Positions 41,701 through 57,200 of a stretch of 64,000 nt of DNA are shown here, one piece after another (position 1 is the first letter of the stretch; every line of letters begins with the position of its first letter). The notes under the pieces were generated by a model, which worked only from the letters and a program-made list of their open reading frames with translations, did not search any database and was not told the origin of the DNA. The translations under genes were made by a program, and so were the position numbers. Source of the stretch: Centroscyllium fabricii. Lineage: Eukaryota. Where the stretch lies: assembly GCA_051313645.2 (NCBI GenBank), contig JBNRSN020000089.1, positions 2,604,001 through 2,668,000 on the forward strand, given 5' to 3'.

Positions 41701-44700
41701 ACATTAGACAATAACCATCTGTGCGCAATACATTAGACAATATCCATCTGTGTATAATACATGAGAAAATGTCCATCTGTGTACAATACATCAGACAATA
41801 TCCATCTGTGTACAATACATCAGACATTATCCATCTGTGAACACTACATCAGACATTACCCATCTGTGTACAATACATCAGACATGGTCCATCTTTGAAC
41901 AATACACCAGACATTATCCGTCTTTGTACAACATATCAGACAATATCCATCTGTGTACAATACATCAGACAATGTCCATCTGTGTACAATCCTTCAGACA
42001 ATATCCATCTGTGTACAATAAATCAGAGAATGTCCATCTGCGTACAGTACATCAGACAATATCTATCTGTGAACAATACATCAGACAATGTCCATCTGTG
42101 TACAATACATCAGACAATATCCATCTGTGTACAATATATCAGACAATTTCCATCTGTGAACAATACATCAGACAACGTCCATCTGTGTGCAATACATCAG
42201 AAAATGTCCATCTGTGTACAATACATCAGACAATATGCATCTGTGTACAATACATCAGACAATGTCCATGTGTGTACTATACATCAGACAATGTCCATCT
42301 GTGAACAATACATCAGACAATATCCATCTATGAACAATACATCAGACAATGTCCATCTGTGTACAATACATCAGACAATATCTATCTGTGAACAATATAT
42401 CAGACAATATCCATCTGTGAAAAGGACATCAGACAATGTCCATCTGTGTTCAATACATCAGACAATATCCATCTGTGTACAATACATCAGACAATGTCCA
42501 TCTGTGAACAATACATCAGACAATGTCCATCTGTGTTCAGTACATCAGACAATGTCCTTCTTTGAACTGTACATCAGACAATATCCATCTGTGTACAATA
42601 CATCAGACACTGTCCATCTGTGTACAATATATCAGAAAATGTCCATCTGTGAACAATACATAAGAAAATATCCATCTGTGTACAGTACATCAGACAATGT
42701 CCATCTGTATACAATACATCCGAAAATGTCCAACTGTGAACAATACATATGACATTATCAATCTGTGTACAATACATCAGATATTATCCATCTGTGTACA
42801 ATACATCAGAAAATGTCCATTTGTGAACAATACATAAGACATTATCCATCATTGTACAACACAACATACAATATCCACCTGTGAACAATACATCAGACAA
42901 TATCCATCTGTGTACAATATATCAGACAAATGTCCATCTGTGTACAATATATCAGACAATATCCATCTGTGTACAATATATCAGACAATATCCATCTGTG
43001 TACAGTACATCAGACAATATCCATCTGTGAACAATACATCAGAAAATGTCCATCTGTGTATAATACATAAGATAATATCAATCTGTGTACAATACATCAG
43101 ACATTATCCATCTGTGTACAATACATCAGACAATATCCATCTGTGAACAATACATCATACAATAACCATCTGTGTACAATAAATCAGGCAATATCCATCT
43201 GTGTACAATACATCAGAAAATGTCCATCTGTGTACAATACATCAGGCAATATCCATCTGTGTACAATACATCAGACATTATCCATCTGTGAACAATACAT
43301 CAGACATTATCCATCTGCGTACAATACATCAGACATGGTTCATCTGTGAACAATACATCAGACATTATCCGTCTGTGTACAACACATCAGACAATATCCA
43401 TCTGTTTACAATACATCAGACAATACCCATCTGTGTTCAAAACATCCGACATTGTCCATCTTTGTACAATACATCAGACAATGACCATCTGTGAACTATA
43501 CATCAGAAAATGCCCATCTGTGAACAATACATCAGACAGTGTACATCTGTGTACAATACATCAGACAATGTCCATCTGTGTACAGTACATCAGACAATGT
43601 CCATATGTGTAAAGTGCATCAGACAATGTCGGTCTTTGAACAGTTTATCAGATAATGTCCATCTGTGTACAATACATAAGAAAATATCCATCTGTGTACA
43701 GTACATCAGACAATGTCCATCTGTGTACAATACATCAGAAAATGACCATCTGTGCACAATATATCAGACATTATCCATCTGTGTACATTACATCAGATAT
43801 GGTCCATCTGTGTACAGTAAAACAGAAAATATCCATCTGTGAACAATACATAAGAAAATATCCATCTGTGTACAGTACATCTGACAATTGTCATCTGTGT
43901 AAAATACATCAGAAAATGTCCAACTGTGAACAATGCATAAGATATTATCCATCTGTATACAATACATCAGACATTATCCATCTGTGTACAATACATCAGA
44001 AAATAACCATCTGTGAACAATACATAAGACATTATCCATCAGTGTACAATACATCAGATATTATCCACCTGTGAACAATACATCAGACAATATCCATCTG
44101 TGAAAATACATCAGACAATGTCCATCTGTGTACAATATATCAGACAATATCCATCTGTGAACAATACATCAGAAAATGACCATCTGTGCACAATATATCA
44201 GACATTATCCATCTGTGTACATTACATCAGATATGGTCCATCTGTGTACAATATATCAGACATTATCCATCTGTGAACAATACATCAGACATTATCCATG
44301 TGTGCACAATACATCAGACATGCTCCATCTGTGAACAATACATCAGACATTATCCATCTGTGTACTACACATCAGGCAATATACTTCTGTGTACAATAAA
44401 TCAGACAATGTCCATCTGCGTACAATCCATCAGACAATATCCATCTGTGTACAATTCATCAGAGAATGTCCATCTGTGTACAGTACATCAGACAATATCT
44501 CTCTGTGAACAGTACATCAGACAATGTCCATCTTTGTACAATACATCAGACAATATCCATCTGTGTACAATATATCAGACAATGTCCATCTGTGAACAAT
44601 ACATCAGACAATGTCCATCTGTGTACAATACATCAGACAATGTCCATCTCTGTACAATACATCGGACAATGTCCAGCTGTGTACAATACATCAGACAATG

Positions 44701-47700
44701 TCCCTCTGTGTACAATAAATCAGACAATGTCCATCTGTGTACAATAAATCCGAAAATATCCATCTGTGAACAATACTTCAGACAAAGTCCATCTATGAAC
44801 AATACATCAGACAATGTCCATCTGTGTATCATACATCAGACAATATCCATCTGTGAACAATACATCAGACAATATCCATCTGTGTACAAAACATCAGACA
44901 TTGTCCATCTGTGTACAATATATCAGACAATGTCCATCTGTGAACAAATCATCAGACATTGTCCATCTGTGTACAGTACATCAGACAATGTCCATCTGTG
45001 TACAGTACATCAGAGAATGTCCTTCTTTGAACAGTACATCAGACAATTTCCATCTGTGTACAATACATCAGACACTGTCCATCTGTGTACAATACATCAG
45101 AAAATGTCCAGCTGTGATCTATAGATAAGAAAATATCCATCTGTGTACAGTACATCAGACAATGTCCATCCGTGTACAATACATCAGAAAATGTCCATCT
45201 GTGAACAATACATATGACATTATCAATCTGTGTACAATACATCAGATATTATCCATCTGTTTACAATATATCAGAAAATGTCCATCTGTGAACAATACAT
45301 AAGACATTATCCATCAGTGTTCAGTACATCAGACATTATCCACCTGTGAACAATACATCAGACAATATCCATCTGTGTACAGTACATCAGACAAATATCC
45401 ACCTGTGTACAATACATCAGACAATATCCATCTGTGTACAATACATCAGACAATGTTCATCTGTGTACAATAAATCAGACAATATACATCTGTGAACAAT
45501 ATTTCAGAAAATGTCCATCTGTGCAAAATACATAAGACATTATCAATCTGTGTACAATACATCAGACATTATCCATCTGTGTACAATACATCAGACAATA
45601 TCCATCTGTGAATAATACATCAGAAAATGTCCATCTGTGTACAATACATTAGACATTATCCATCTGTGAACAATACATCAGACAATAACCATCTGTGTAC
45701 AATACATCAGACAATATCCATCTGTGTACAATACATCAGAAAATGTCCATCTGTGTATAATACATCAGACAATATCCATCTGTGTACAATATATCAGACA
45801 TTATCATTCTGTGAACAATACATCATACAATAACCATCTGTGTACAATAAATCAGGCAATATCCATCTGTGTACAATACATCAGAAAATGTCCACCTGTG
45901 TACAATACATCAGGCAATATCCATCTGTGTACAATACATCAGACATTATCCATCTGTGAACAATACATCAGACATTATCCATCTGCGTACAATACATCAG
46001 ACATGGTCCATCTGTGAACAATACATCAGACATTATCCGTCTGTGTACAACACATCAGAGAATATCCATCTGTTTACAATACATCAGACAATACCCATCT
46101 GTGTTCAAAACATCAGACATTGTCCATCTTTGTACAATACATCAGACAATGACCATCTGTGAACTATACATCAGAAAATGCCCATCTGTGAACAATACAT
46201 CAGACAGTGTACATCTGTGTACAATACATCAGACAATGTCCATCTGTGTACAGTACATCAGACAATGTCCATATGTGTAAAGTGCATCAGACAATGTCGG
46301 TCTTTGAACAGTTTATCAGATAATGTCCATCTGTGTACAATACATCAGACGCTGTCCATCTGTGTACAGTAAAACAGAAAATATCCATCTGTGAACAATA
46401 CAGAAGAAAATATCCATCTGTGTACATTACATCTGACAATTGTCATCTGTGTACAATACATCAGAAAATGTCCATCTGTGAACAATGCATAAGATATTAT
46501 CCATCTGTATACAATACATCAGACATTATCCATCTGTGTACAATACATCAGAAAATAACCATCTGTGAACAATACATAAGACATTATCCATCAGTGTACA
46601 ATACATCAGATATCATCCACCTGTGAACAATACATCAGACAATATCCATCTGTGAAAATACATCAGACAATGTCCATCTGTGTACAATATATCAGACAAT
46701 ATCCATCTGTGAACAATACATCAGAAAATGTCCATCTGTGCACAATACATCAGACATTATCCATCTGTGTACATTACATCAGATATGGTCCATCTGTGTA
46801 CAATATATCAGACATTATCCATCTGTGAACAATACATCAGACATTATCCCTCTGTGCACAATAGATCAGACATGGTCCATCTGTGAACAATACATCAGAC
46901 ATTATCCACCTGTGTACTACACATCAGGCAATATCCTTCTGTGTACAATAAATCAGACAATGTCCATCTGCGTACAATCCATCAGACAATATCCATCTGT
47001 GTATAATACATCAGAGAATGTCCATCTGTGTACAGTACATCAGACAATATCTCTCTGTGAACAGTACATCAGACAATGTCCATCTTTGTACAATACATCA
47101 GACAATATCCATCTGTGTACAATATATCAGACAATGTCCATCTGTGAACAATACATCAGACAATGTCCATCTGTGTACAATACATCAGACAATGTCCATC
47201 TGTGTACAATACATCAGACAATATGCATCTTTGTACAATACATCAGACAATGTCTATCTGTGTACAATACTTCATACAATTTCCATCTGTGAACAATACA
47301 TCAGACAATATCCATCTGTGTACAATACATCAGACAATGTCCATCTGTGCACAATACATCAGACAATGTCCATCTGTGAACAATACATCAGACAATGTCC
47401 GTCTGTGTACAATACATCAGACATTGTCCATCTGTGAACAATATATCAGACATTATCCATCTGTGTACAATACATCAGAAAATGTCCATCTGTGTACAAT
47501 GCATCAGACAATGTCCATCTCTGAACAATACATCAGACAATATACATCTGTGTACAAAACATCAGACATTGTCCATCTGTGTACAATATATCAGACAATG
47601 TCCATCTGTGAACAAATCATCAGACATTGTCCATCTGTGTACAGTACATCAGACAATGTCCATCTGTGTACAGTACATCAGAGAATGTCCTTCTTTGAAC

Positions 47701-50700
47701 AGTACATCAGACAATTTCCATCTGTGTACAATACATCAGACACTGTCCATCTGTGTACAATACATCAGAAAATGTCCAGCTGTGATCTATACATAAGAAA
47801 ATATCCATCTGTGTACAGTACATCAGACAATGTCCATCCGTGTACAATACATCAGAAAATGTCCATCTGTGAACAATACATATGACATTATCAATCTGTG
47901 TACAATACATCAGATATTATCCATCTGTTTACAATATATCAGAAAATGTCCATCTGTGAACAATACATAAGACATTATCCATCAGTGTTCAGTACATCAG
48001 ACATTATCCACCTTTGAACAATACATCAGACAATATCCATCTGTGTACAGTACATCAGACAAATATCCACCTGTGTACAATACATCAGACAATATCCATC
48101 TGTGTACAATACATCAGACAATGTCCATCTGTGTACAATACATCAGACAATATACATCTGTGAACAATACATCAGAAAATGTCCATCTGTGCAAAATACA
48201 TAAGACATTATCAATCTGTGTACAATACATCAGACATTATCCATCTGTGTACAATAAATCAGACAATATCCATCTGTGAATAATACATCAGAAAATGTCC
48301 ATCTGTGTACAATACATTAGACATTAACCATCTGTGAACAATACATCAGAGAATAACCATCTGTGTACAATACATCAGACAATATCCATCTGTGTACAAT
48401 ACATCAGAAAATGTCCATCTGTGTATAATACATCAGACAATATCCATCTGTGTACAAGATATCAGACATTATCCATCTGTGAACAATACATCAGACATTA
48501 TCCATCTGTGTACAACACATCAGACAATATCCATCTATGTACAATACATCAGGCAATGTCCATGTGTGTACAATCCATCAGAAAATATCCATCTGTGTAC
48601 AAAACATCAGAGAATGTCCGTCTGTGTATAGTACATCAGACAATATCTATCTGTGAACAATACATCAGACAATGTCCATCTGTGTACAGTATATCAGATA
48701 TTGTCCATCTGTGTACAATACATCAGGCAATGTCTTTCTGTGTACAGTACATCAGACAATATGCATCTGTGTAAAATACATCAGACAATGTCCATCTGTG
48801 CACAATACATCAGACAATTTCCATCTGTGAACAATAGATATCCATCTGTGTACAACACATCAGACAATATCCATCTGTGCACAATACATCAGACAATGTC
48901 CATCTGTGAACAATACATCAGGCAATGTCCATCAGTGTACAATACATCAGATATTGTCCATCTGTGTACAATATATCAGACATAATCCATCTGTGTACAA
49001 TACATCAAAAAATGGCCATATGTGTACAATGCATCAGACAATGTCCAACTGTGAACAATTCATCAGACAATATCCATCTGTTTACAATACATCAGACATT
49101 ATCCATCTGTGTACAATACATCAGACATTATCCATCTGTATACAATACATCAGACATTATCCATCTGTGTACCAAACATCAGACATTGTCCATCTGTGTA
49201 CAATACATCAGACAATGTCCATCTGTGAACAAATCATCAGACATTGTCCATTTGTGTACAGTACATCAGACAATGTCCATCTGTGTACAGTGCATCAGAC
49301 AATGTCCTTCTTTGAAGAGTACATCAGACAATTTCCATCTGTGTACAATACATCAGACACTGTCCATCTGTGTACAATACATCAGAAAATGTCCAGCTGT
49401 GATCTATACATAAGAAAATATCCATCTGTGTACAGTACATCAGACAATGTCCATCCGTGTACAATACATCAGAAAATGTCCATCTGTGAACAATACATAA
49501 GAAAATATCCATATGTGTACAGTACCTCAGACAATGTCCAGCTGTGTACAGTACATCAGAAAATGTCCATCTGTGAACAATACATATGACATTATCAATC
49601 TGTGTACAATACATCAGATATTATCCATCTGTGTACAATACATCAGAAAATGTCAATCTGTGAACATTACATAAGACAATATCCATCAGTGTACAATACA
49701 TCAGATATTATCCACCTGTGAACAGTACATCAGACAATATCCATCTGTGTACAATATATCAGACAAATTTCCATCTGTGTACAATACATCAGACAATATC
49801 CATGTGTGTACAATACATCAGACAATGTCCATCTCTGTACAATACATCAGACAATATCGATCTGTGAACAATACATCAGAAAATGTCCATCTGTGCACAA
49901 TACATAAGACATTATCAATCTTTGTACAATACATCAGATATTATCCATCTGTGTACAATGCATCAGACAATATCCATCTGTGAATAATACATCAGAAAAT
50001 GTCCATCTGTGTACAATACATCAGACATTATCTATTTGTGAACAGTACATCAGAAAATATCCATCTGTGAACAATACATCAAACATTATCCATCTGTGTA
50101 CAATACATCAGAAAATGTCCATCTGTGTACAATACATCAGACAATATCCATCTGTGTACAATACATCAGACATTATCCATTTGTGAAAAATACATCAGAC
50201 ATTATCCAGCTGTGTACAACACATCAGACAATATCCATCTGTGTACAATACATCAGACAATGTCCATTTGTGTACAATCCAACAGACAATATCCATCTAT
50301 GTACAATACATCAGAGAAGGTCCATCTTTGTACAGTACATCAGAAAATATTTATCTGTGAACAATACATCAGAAAATATCCATCTGTGTTCAATATATCA
50401 GACAATGTCCATCTGTGAACAATACATCAGACAATGTCCATCTGTGTTCAATACATCAGACAATGTCCATCTGTGTACAATACATCAGACAATATGCATC
50501 TGTGTACAATACATCAGACAATGTCCATCTGTGTGCAATACATCAGACAATTTCCATCTGTGAACAATACATCAGACAATATCCATCTGTGTACAATATA
50601 TCAGATAATGTCCATCTGTGCACAATACATCAGTCAATGTCTATCTATGAACAATACAACAGACAATGTCCATCTTTGTACAATACATCAGATATTGTCC

Positions 50701-53274
50701 ATCTGTGTACAATATATCAGACATTATCCATCTGTGTACAATACATCAGAAAATACCCATCTGTGTACAACGCATCAGACAATGTCCATTTATGAACAAT
50801 ACATCAGATATTGTCCATCTGTGTACAATATATCAGACATAATCCATCTGTGTACAATACATCAAAAAATGTCCATATGTGTACAATGCATCAGACAATG
50901 TCCATCTGTGAACAATACATCAGACAATATCCATCTGTGTACAATACATCAGTCATTATCCATCTGTGTACAATTCATCAGACATTATCCATCTGTATAC
51001 AATACATCAGACATTATCCATCTGTGTAACAAACATCAGACATTGTCCATCTGTGTACAATACATCAGACAATGTCCATCTGTGAACAAATCATCAGACA
51101 TTGTCCATCTGTGTACAGTACATCAGACAATGTCCATCTGTGTACAGTACATCAGACAATGTCCTTCTTTGAACAGTATATCAGACAATTTCCATCTGTG
51201 TACAATACATCAGACACTGTCCATCTGTGTACAATGCATCAGAAAATGTCCAGCTGTGATCTATACATAAGTAAATATCCATCTGTGTACAGTACATCAG
51301 ACAATGTCCATCCGTGTACAATACATCAGAAAATGTCCATCTGTGAACAATACATATGACATTATCCATCTGTGTACAATTCATCAGACAATATCCAGCT
51401 CTGAACAATACGTCAGAAAATGTCCATCTGTGTTCAATATATCAGACATTATCCATCTGTGAACAATAAATCAGACAATATCCATCTGTGTACAATACAT
51501 CAGACACTGTCCATCTGTGTACAATACATCAGAAAATGTCCATCTGTGAACAATACATAAGAAAATATCCATATGTGTAGAGTACATCGGACAATGTCCA
51601 TCTGTTTACAGTACAACAGAAAATGTCCATCTGTGAACAATACATATGACATTATCAATCTGTGTACAATACATCAGATATTATCCATCTGTGTACAATA
51701 CATCAGAAAATGTCAATCTGTGAACAATACATAAGACATTATCCATCAGTGTACAATACATCAGATATTATCCACCTGTGAACAATACATCAGACAATAT
51801 CCATCTGTGTACAATACATCAGACAAATTTCCATTTGTGTACAATACATCAGACAATATCCATGTGTGTACAATACATCAGACAATGTCCATCTGTGTAC
51901 AATACATCAGACAATATCCATCTGTGAACAATACATCAGAAAATGTCCATCTGTGCACAATACATAAGACATTATCAATCTGTGTACAATACATCAGACA
52001 TTATCCATCTGTGTACAATGCATCAGACAATATCCATCTGTGAATAATACATCAGAAAATGTCCACCTGTGTACAATACATCAGACATTATCTATCTGTG
52101 AACAATACATCAGAAAATAACCATCTCTGAACAATACATCAGACATTATCCATCTGTGTACAATACATCAGAAAATGTCCATCTGTGTACAATACATCAG
52201 ACAATATCCATCTGTGTACAATACATCAGACATTATCCATCTGTGAACAATACATCAGACATTTCCAGCTGTGTACAACACATCAGACAATATCCATCTC
52301 TGTACAATACATCAGACAATGTCCATTTTTATACAATACAACAGACAATATCCATCTATGTACAATACATCAGATAATGTCCATCTTTGGACAGTACATC
52401 AGACAATATTTATCTGTGAACATTACATCAGAAAATATCCATCTGTGTTCAATATATCAGACAATGTCCATCTTTGAACAATACATCAGACAATGTCCAT
52501 CTGTGTTCAATACATCAGACAATGTCCATCTGTGTACAATACATCAGACAATATGCATCTGTGTACAATACATCAGACAATGTCCATCTGTGTGCAATAC
52601 ATCAGACAATTTCCATCTGTGAACAATACATCAGACAATATCCATCTGTGTACAATATATCAGACAATGTCCATCTGTGCACAATACATCAGTCAATGTC
52701 CATCTGTGAACAATACAACAGACAATGTCCATCTGTGTACAATACATCAGATATTGTCCATCTGTGTTCAATATATCAGACATTATCCATCTGTGTACAA
52801 TACATCAGAAAATGTCCATCTGTGTACAACGCATCAGACAATGTCCATTTGTGAACAATACATCAGAGAATATCCATTTGTGTACAAAACATCAGACATT
52901 GTCCATCTGTGTACAATACATCAGACAATGTCCATCTGTGAACAATACATCAGACAATGTCCATCTGGGAACAATACATCAGACAATGTCCATCTGTGTA
53001 CAATACATCAGACAATGTCCATCTGTGTACAGTACATCAGACAATGTCCATCTGTGTACAGTACATCAGACAATATTTTTCTTTGAACAGTACATCAGAC
53101 AATGTCCATCTGTGTACAATATATCAGACACTGTCCATCTGTGCACAATACATCAGAAAATGTCCATCTGTGAACAATACATAAGAAAATATCCATCTGT
53201 GTACAGTACATCAGACAATGTCGATCTGTGTACAATACATCAGAAAATGTCCATCTGAGAACAATACATAAGAC

Positions 53275-53416
53275 ATGGTTCCTGCCTCCACCACCCTCAC
53301 AGGCAGGGAGTTCCAGTCTTCCACCACCCTCTGGGTAAAGAAATTTCTCCTTACCTCCCCCCTAAACCTCCCCCCCCTGATCTTGAATCTATGTCCCCTA
53401 GTGCTTGACTCTCCCA
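53275..53416 (-). repeat. 142-bp inverted copy of 53956..54097
   Basis: Reverse complement of TGGGAGAGTCAAG...GGCAGGAACCAT. Both translate to GESSTRGHRFK...VVEAGT. Confidence 0.95.
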
Positions 53417-53420
53417 TATA

Positions 53421-54182
53421 ATGGTTAATTGGGCAGAAAAATGGCAAATGGAGTTCAACCCAGAGAAATGCGAGGTCATTCAATTCGGTAGACCAAATGG
53501 GGTAAGGGAATATACCATGAACAACAAAACGTTAAATAGGACCGAGGAGCAGAGGGACCTGGGGGTACAGGTGCACAGCTCCCTGAAGGTTGCTGGACAC
53601 GTTAACAAGGTGGTTAAGAAGGCATACGGAATTCTCGCCTTTATTAACCAGGGCATAGTATACAAAAGTAGGGAGGTAATGTTAAACCTGTATAACACAC
53701 TGGTGAGACCTCAGCTGGAGTACTGTGTGCAGTTCTGGTCACCGCACTACAGGAAGGATGTGGCTGCCCTGGAGAGGGTGCAGAGAAGGTTTACCAGGAT
53801 GATACCTGGTCTGGCGGACCTATGCTACGAGGAAAGGCTGGACAGGCTGGGGTTGTTTGCCTTGGAGAAAAGAAGGTGGAGGGGTGACATGATTGAGGTG
53901 TACAAGATCATGAGGGGACACGATAGGGTAGACAAAGGGGCATTGTTTCCCCTGGTGGGAGAGTCAAGCACTAGGGGACATAGATTCAAGATCAGGGGGG
54001 GGAGGTTTAGGGGGGAGGTAAGGAGAAATTTCTTTACCCAGAGGGTGGTGGAAGACTGGAACTCCCTGCCTGTGAGGGTGGTGGAGGCAGGAACCATCAC
54101 AACATTTAAAAAATACTTGGACCAGCACATGAAGGACCATAACATACAGGGTTATGGGCCAGGTGCGGGCAACTGGGGTTAG
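53421..54182 (+). pseudogene. CR1 ORF2 C-terminal fragment (open, 253 aa, no catalytic RT core)
   Basis: WAEKWQMEFNPEKC, RDLGV, RPQLEYC, RGHRFK, FTQRVV. Open at both positions where copy 1 has TGA. Confidence 0.93.
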
Positions 54183-54275
54183 AACAGTGAGGAGTTTTTC
54201 TGGGCCGGTGCGGACTGGATGGGCCGAATGGCCCTTATCCGCACTGTAAAATTTCTATGATTCTATGATTCTATG

Positions 54276-57200
54276 ATTATCCATCTGTATACAATACATC
54301 AGACATTATCAATCTGTGTACAATACATCAGAAAATGTCCATCTGTGAACAATACATAAGACATTATCCATCAGTGTACAATACATCAGATATTATCTAC
54401 CTTTGAACAATACATCAGTCAACATCCATCTGTGTACAATACATCAGAAAAATGTCCATCTGTGTACAATACATCAGACAATATCCATCTGCGTAAAATA
54501 CATCAGACAATGTCCATCTGTGTACAATACATCAGACAATATCCATCTGTGAACAATACATCAGAAACTGTCCGTCAGTGTACAATACATAAGACATTAT
54601 CAATCTGTGTACAATACATCAGATTTTATGCATCTGTGTACAATACATCAGACAATATCCATCTCTGAACAATACATCAGAAAATGTCCATCTGTGAACA
54701 ATACATAAGACATTATCCATCAGTGTACAATACATATGATATTATCCACCTGTGAACAATACATCAGACAACATCCATCTGTGTACAATACATCAGACAA
54801 ATGTTCATCTGTGTACAATACATCAGACAATATCCATCTGCGTAAAATACATCAGACAATTTCCATCTGTGTACAATACATCAGACAATATCCATCTGTG
54901 AACAATACATCAGAAATTGTCCGTCTGTGCACAATACATAAGATATTATCAATCTGTGTACAATACATCAGATATTATCCATCTGTGTACAATACATCAG
55001 ACATTATCCATCTGTGAATAATACATCAGAAAATGTCCATCTGTGTACAATGCATCAGACATTATTCATCTGTGTACAATACATCAGACAATATCCATCT
55101 GTGTACAATACATCAGAAAATATCCAGCTACGTACAATACATCAGAAAATATCCATCTGTGTACAATAAATCAGACATTATCCAACTGTGAACAATACAT
55201 GAGACATTATCCATCTGTTTACAATACATCAGACATGGTCCATCTGTGAACAATACATCAGACATTATCCATCTATGTACAGCACATCAGACAATATCCA
55301 TCTGTGTACAATACATCAGACAATTTCCATCTGTGTACAAAACATCAGACATTGTCCATCTTTGTACAATAAATCAGAAAATGTCCATCTGTGAACAATA
55401 TATCAGAAAATGTCCATCTGTGAACAATACATCAGACAATGTACATCTGTGTACAATACATCAGACAATGTCCATCTGTGTACAGTACATCAGACAATGT
55501 CCATCTGTGTACAGTACATCAGACAATATCCTTTTTTGAACAGTACATCAGACAATGTCCATCTGTGTACAATACATCAGACAATGTCCATCTGTGCACA
55601 ATACATCAGAAAATGTCCATCTGTGAACAATACATAAGAAAATATCCATCTGTGTACAGTACATCAGACAATGTCCATCTGCGTACAATACATCAGAAAA
55701 TGTCCATCTGTGAACAATACATAAGACATTATCCATCTGTATACAATACATCAGACATTATCCATCTGTGTACAATACATCAGAAAATGTCCATCTGTGA
55801 ACAATACATAAGACATTATCCATCAGTGTACAATACATCAGATATTATCCACCTGTGAACAATACATCAGCCAATATACATCTGTGTACAATACATCAGA
55901 CAAATGTCCATCTGTGAACAATATATCAGAGAATATCCATCTGCGTAAAATACATCAGACAATGTCCATCTTTGTACAATACATCAGACAATATCCATCT
56001 GTGAACAATACATCAGTAACTGTCAGTCTGTGCACAATACATAAGACATTATCAATCTGTGTACAATACATCAGATATTATGCTTCTGTGTACAATACAT
56101 CAGACAATATCCATCTGTGAACAATACATCAGAAATTGTCCATCTGTGAACAATACATAAGACATTATCCATCAGTGTACAATACATCAGATATTATCCA
56201 CCTGTGAACAATACATCAGACAATATCCATCTGTGTACAATACATCAGACAAATGTCCATCTGTGTACAATACATCAGACAATATCCATCTGCGTAAAAT
56301 ACATCAGACAATGTCCATCTGTGTACAACACATCAGACAATATCAATCTGTGAACAATACATCAGAAATTGTCCGTCTGTGCACAATACATAAGATATTA
56401 TCAATCTGTGTACAATACATCAGACATTATCCATCTGTGTACAATACATCAGACAATATCCATCTGTGAATAATACATCAGAAAATGTCCATCTGTGTAC
56501 AATGCATCAGACATTATCCATCTGTGAACAATACATCAGATATTATCCATCTGTGAACAATACATCAGACATTATCCATCTGTGTACAATACATCAGACA
56601 TTGTCCATCTGTGAACAATACATCAGACAATATCCATCTGTGTACAATGCATCAGATATTATCCAACTGTGAACAATACATCAGACATTATCCAACTGTG
56701 TACAATAAATCAGACATGGTCCATCTGTGAACAATACATCAGACATTATCCATCAGTGTACAACACATCAGACAATATCCATCTGTGTACAATACATCAG
56801 ACAATATCCATTTGTGTACAAAACATCAGACATTGTCCATCTTTGTACAATACATCAGACAATGCCCATCTGTGAACAATACATCAGAAAATGTCCATCT
56901 GTGAACAAAATATCAGACAATGTACATCTGTGTACAATACATCAGACAATGTCCATCTGTGTACAGTACATCAGACAATGTCCATCTGTGTACAGTGCAT
57001 CAGACAATGTCCTTCTTTGAACAGTACATCAGACAATGTCCATCTCTGTACAATACATCAGACACTGTCCATCTGTGTACAATACATCAGAAAATATCCA
57101 TCTGTGAACAATACATAAGAAAATATCCATCTGTGTAGAGTACATCAGACAATGTCCATCTGCGTACAATACATTAGAAAATGTCCATCTGTGAACAATG

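Larger units (their letters stand above)
18739..53274. repeat. 29-bp satellite, segment 3
   Basis: About 34.5 kb of tandem monomers, all in the same orientation. Confidence 0.98.
53275..54275 (+). mobile_element. 5'-truncated CR1 LINE (copy 3, same subfamily as copy 1) with 5' inverted duplication
   Basis: Sense body 53417..54275 is collinear with ~7833..8689. (ATTCTATG)3 tail at 54252..54275. Confidence 0.95.
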
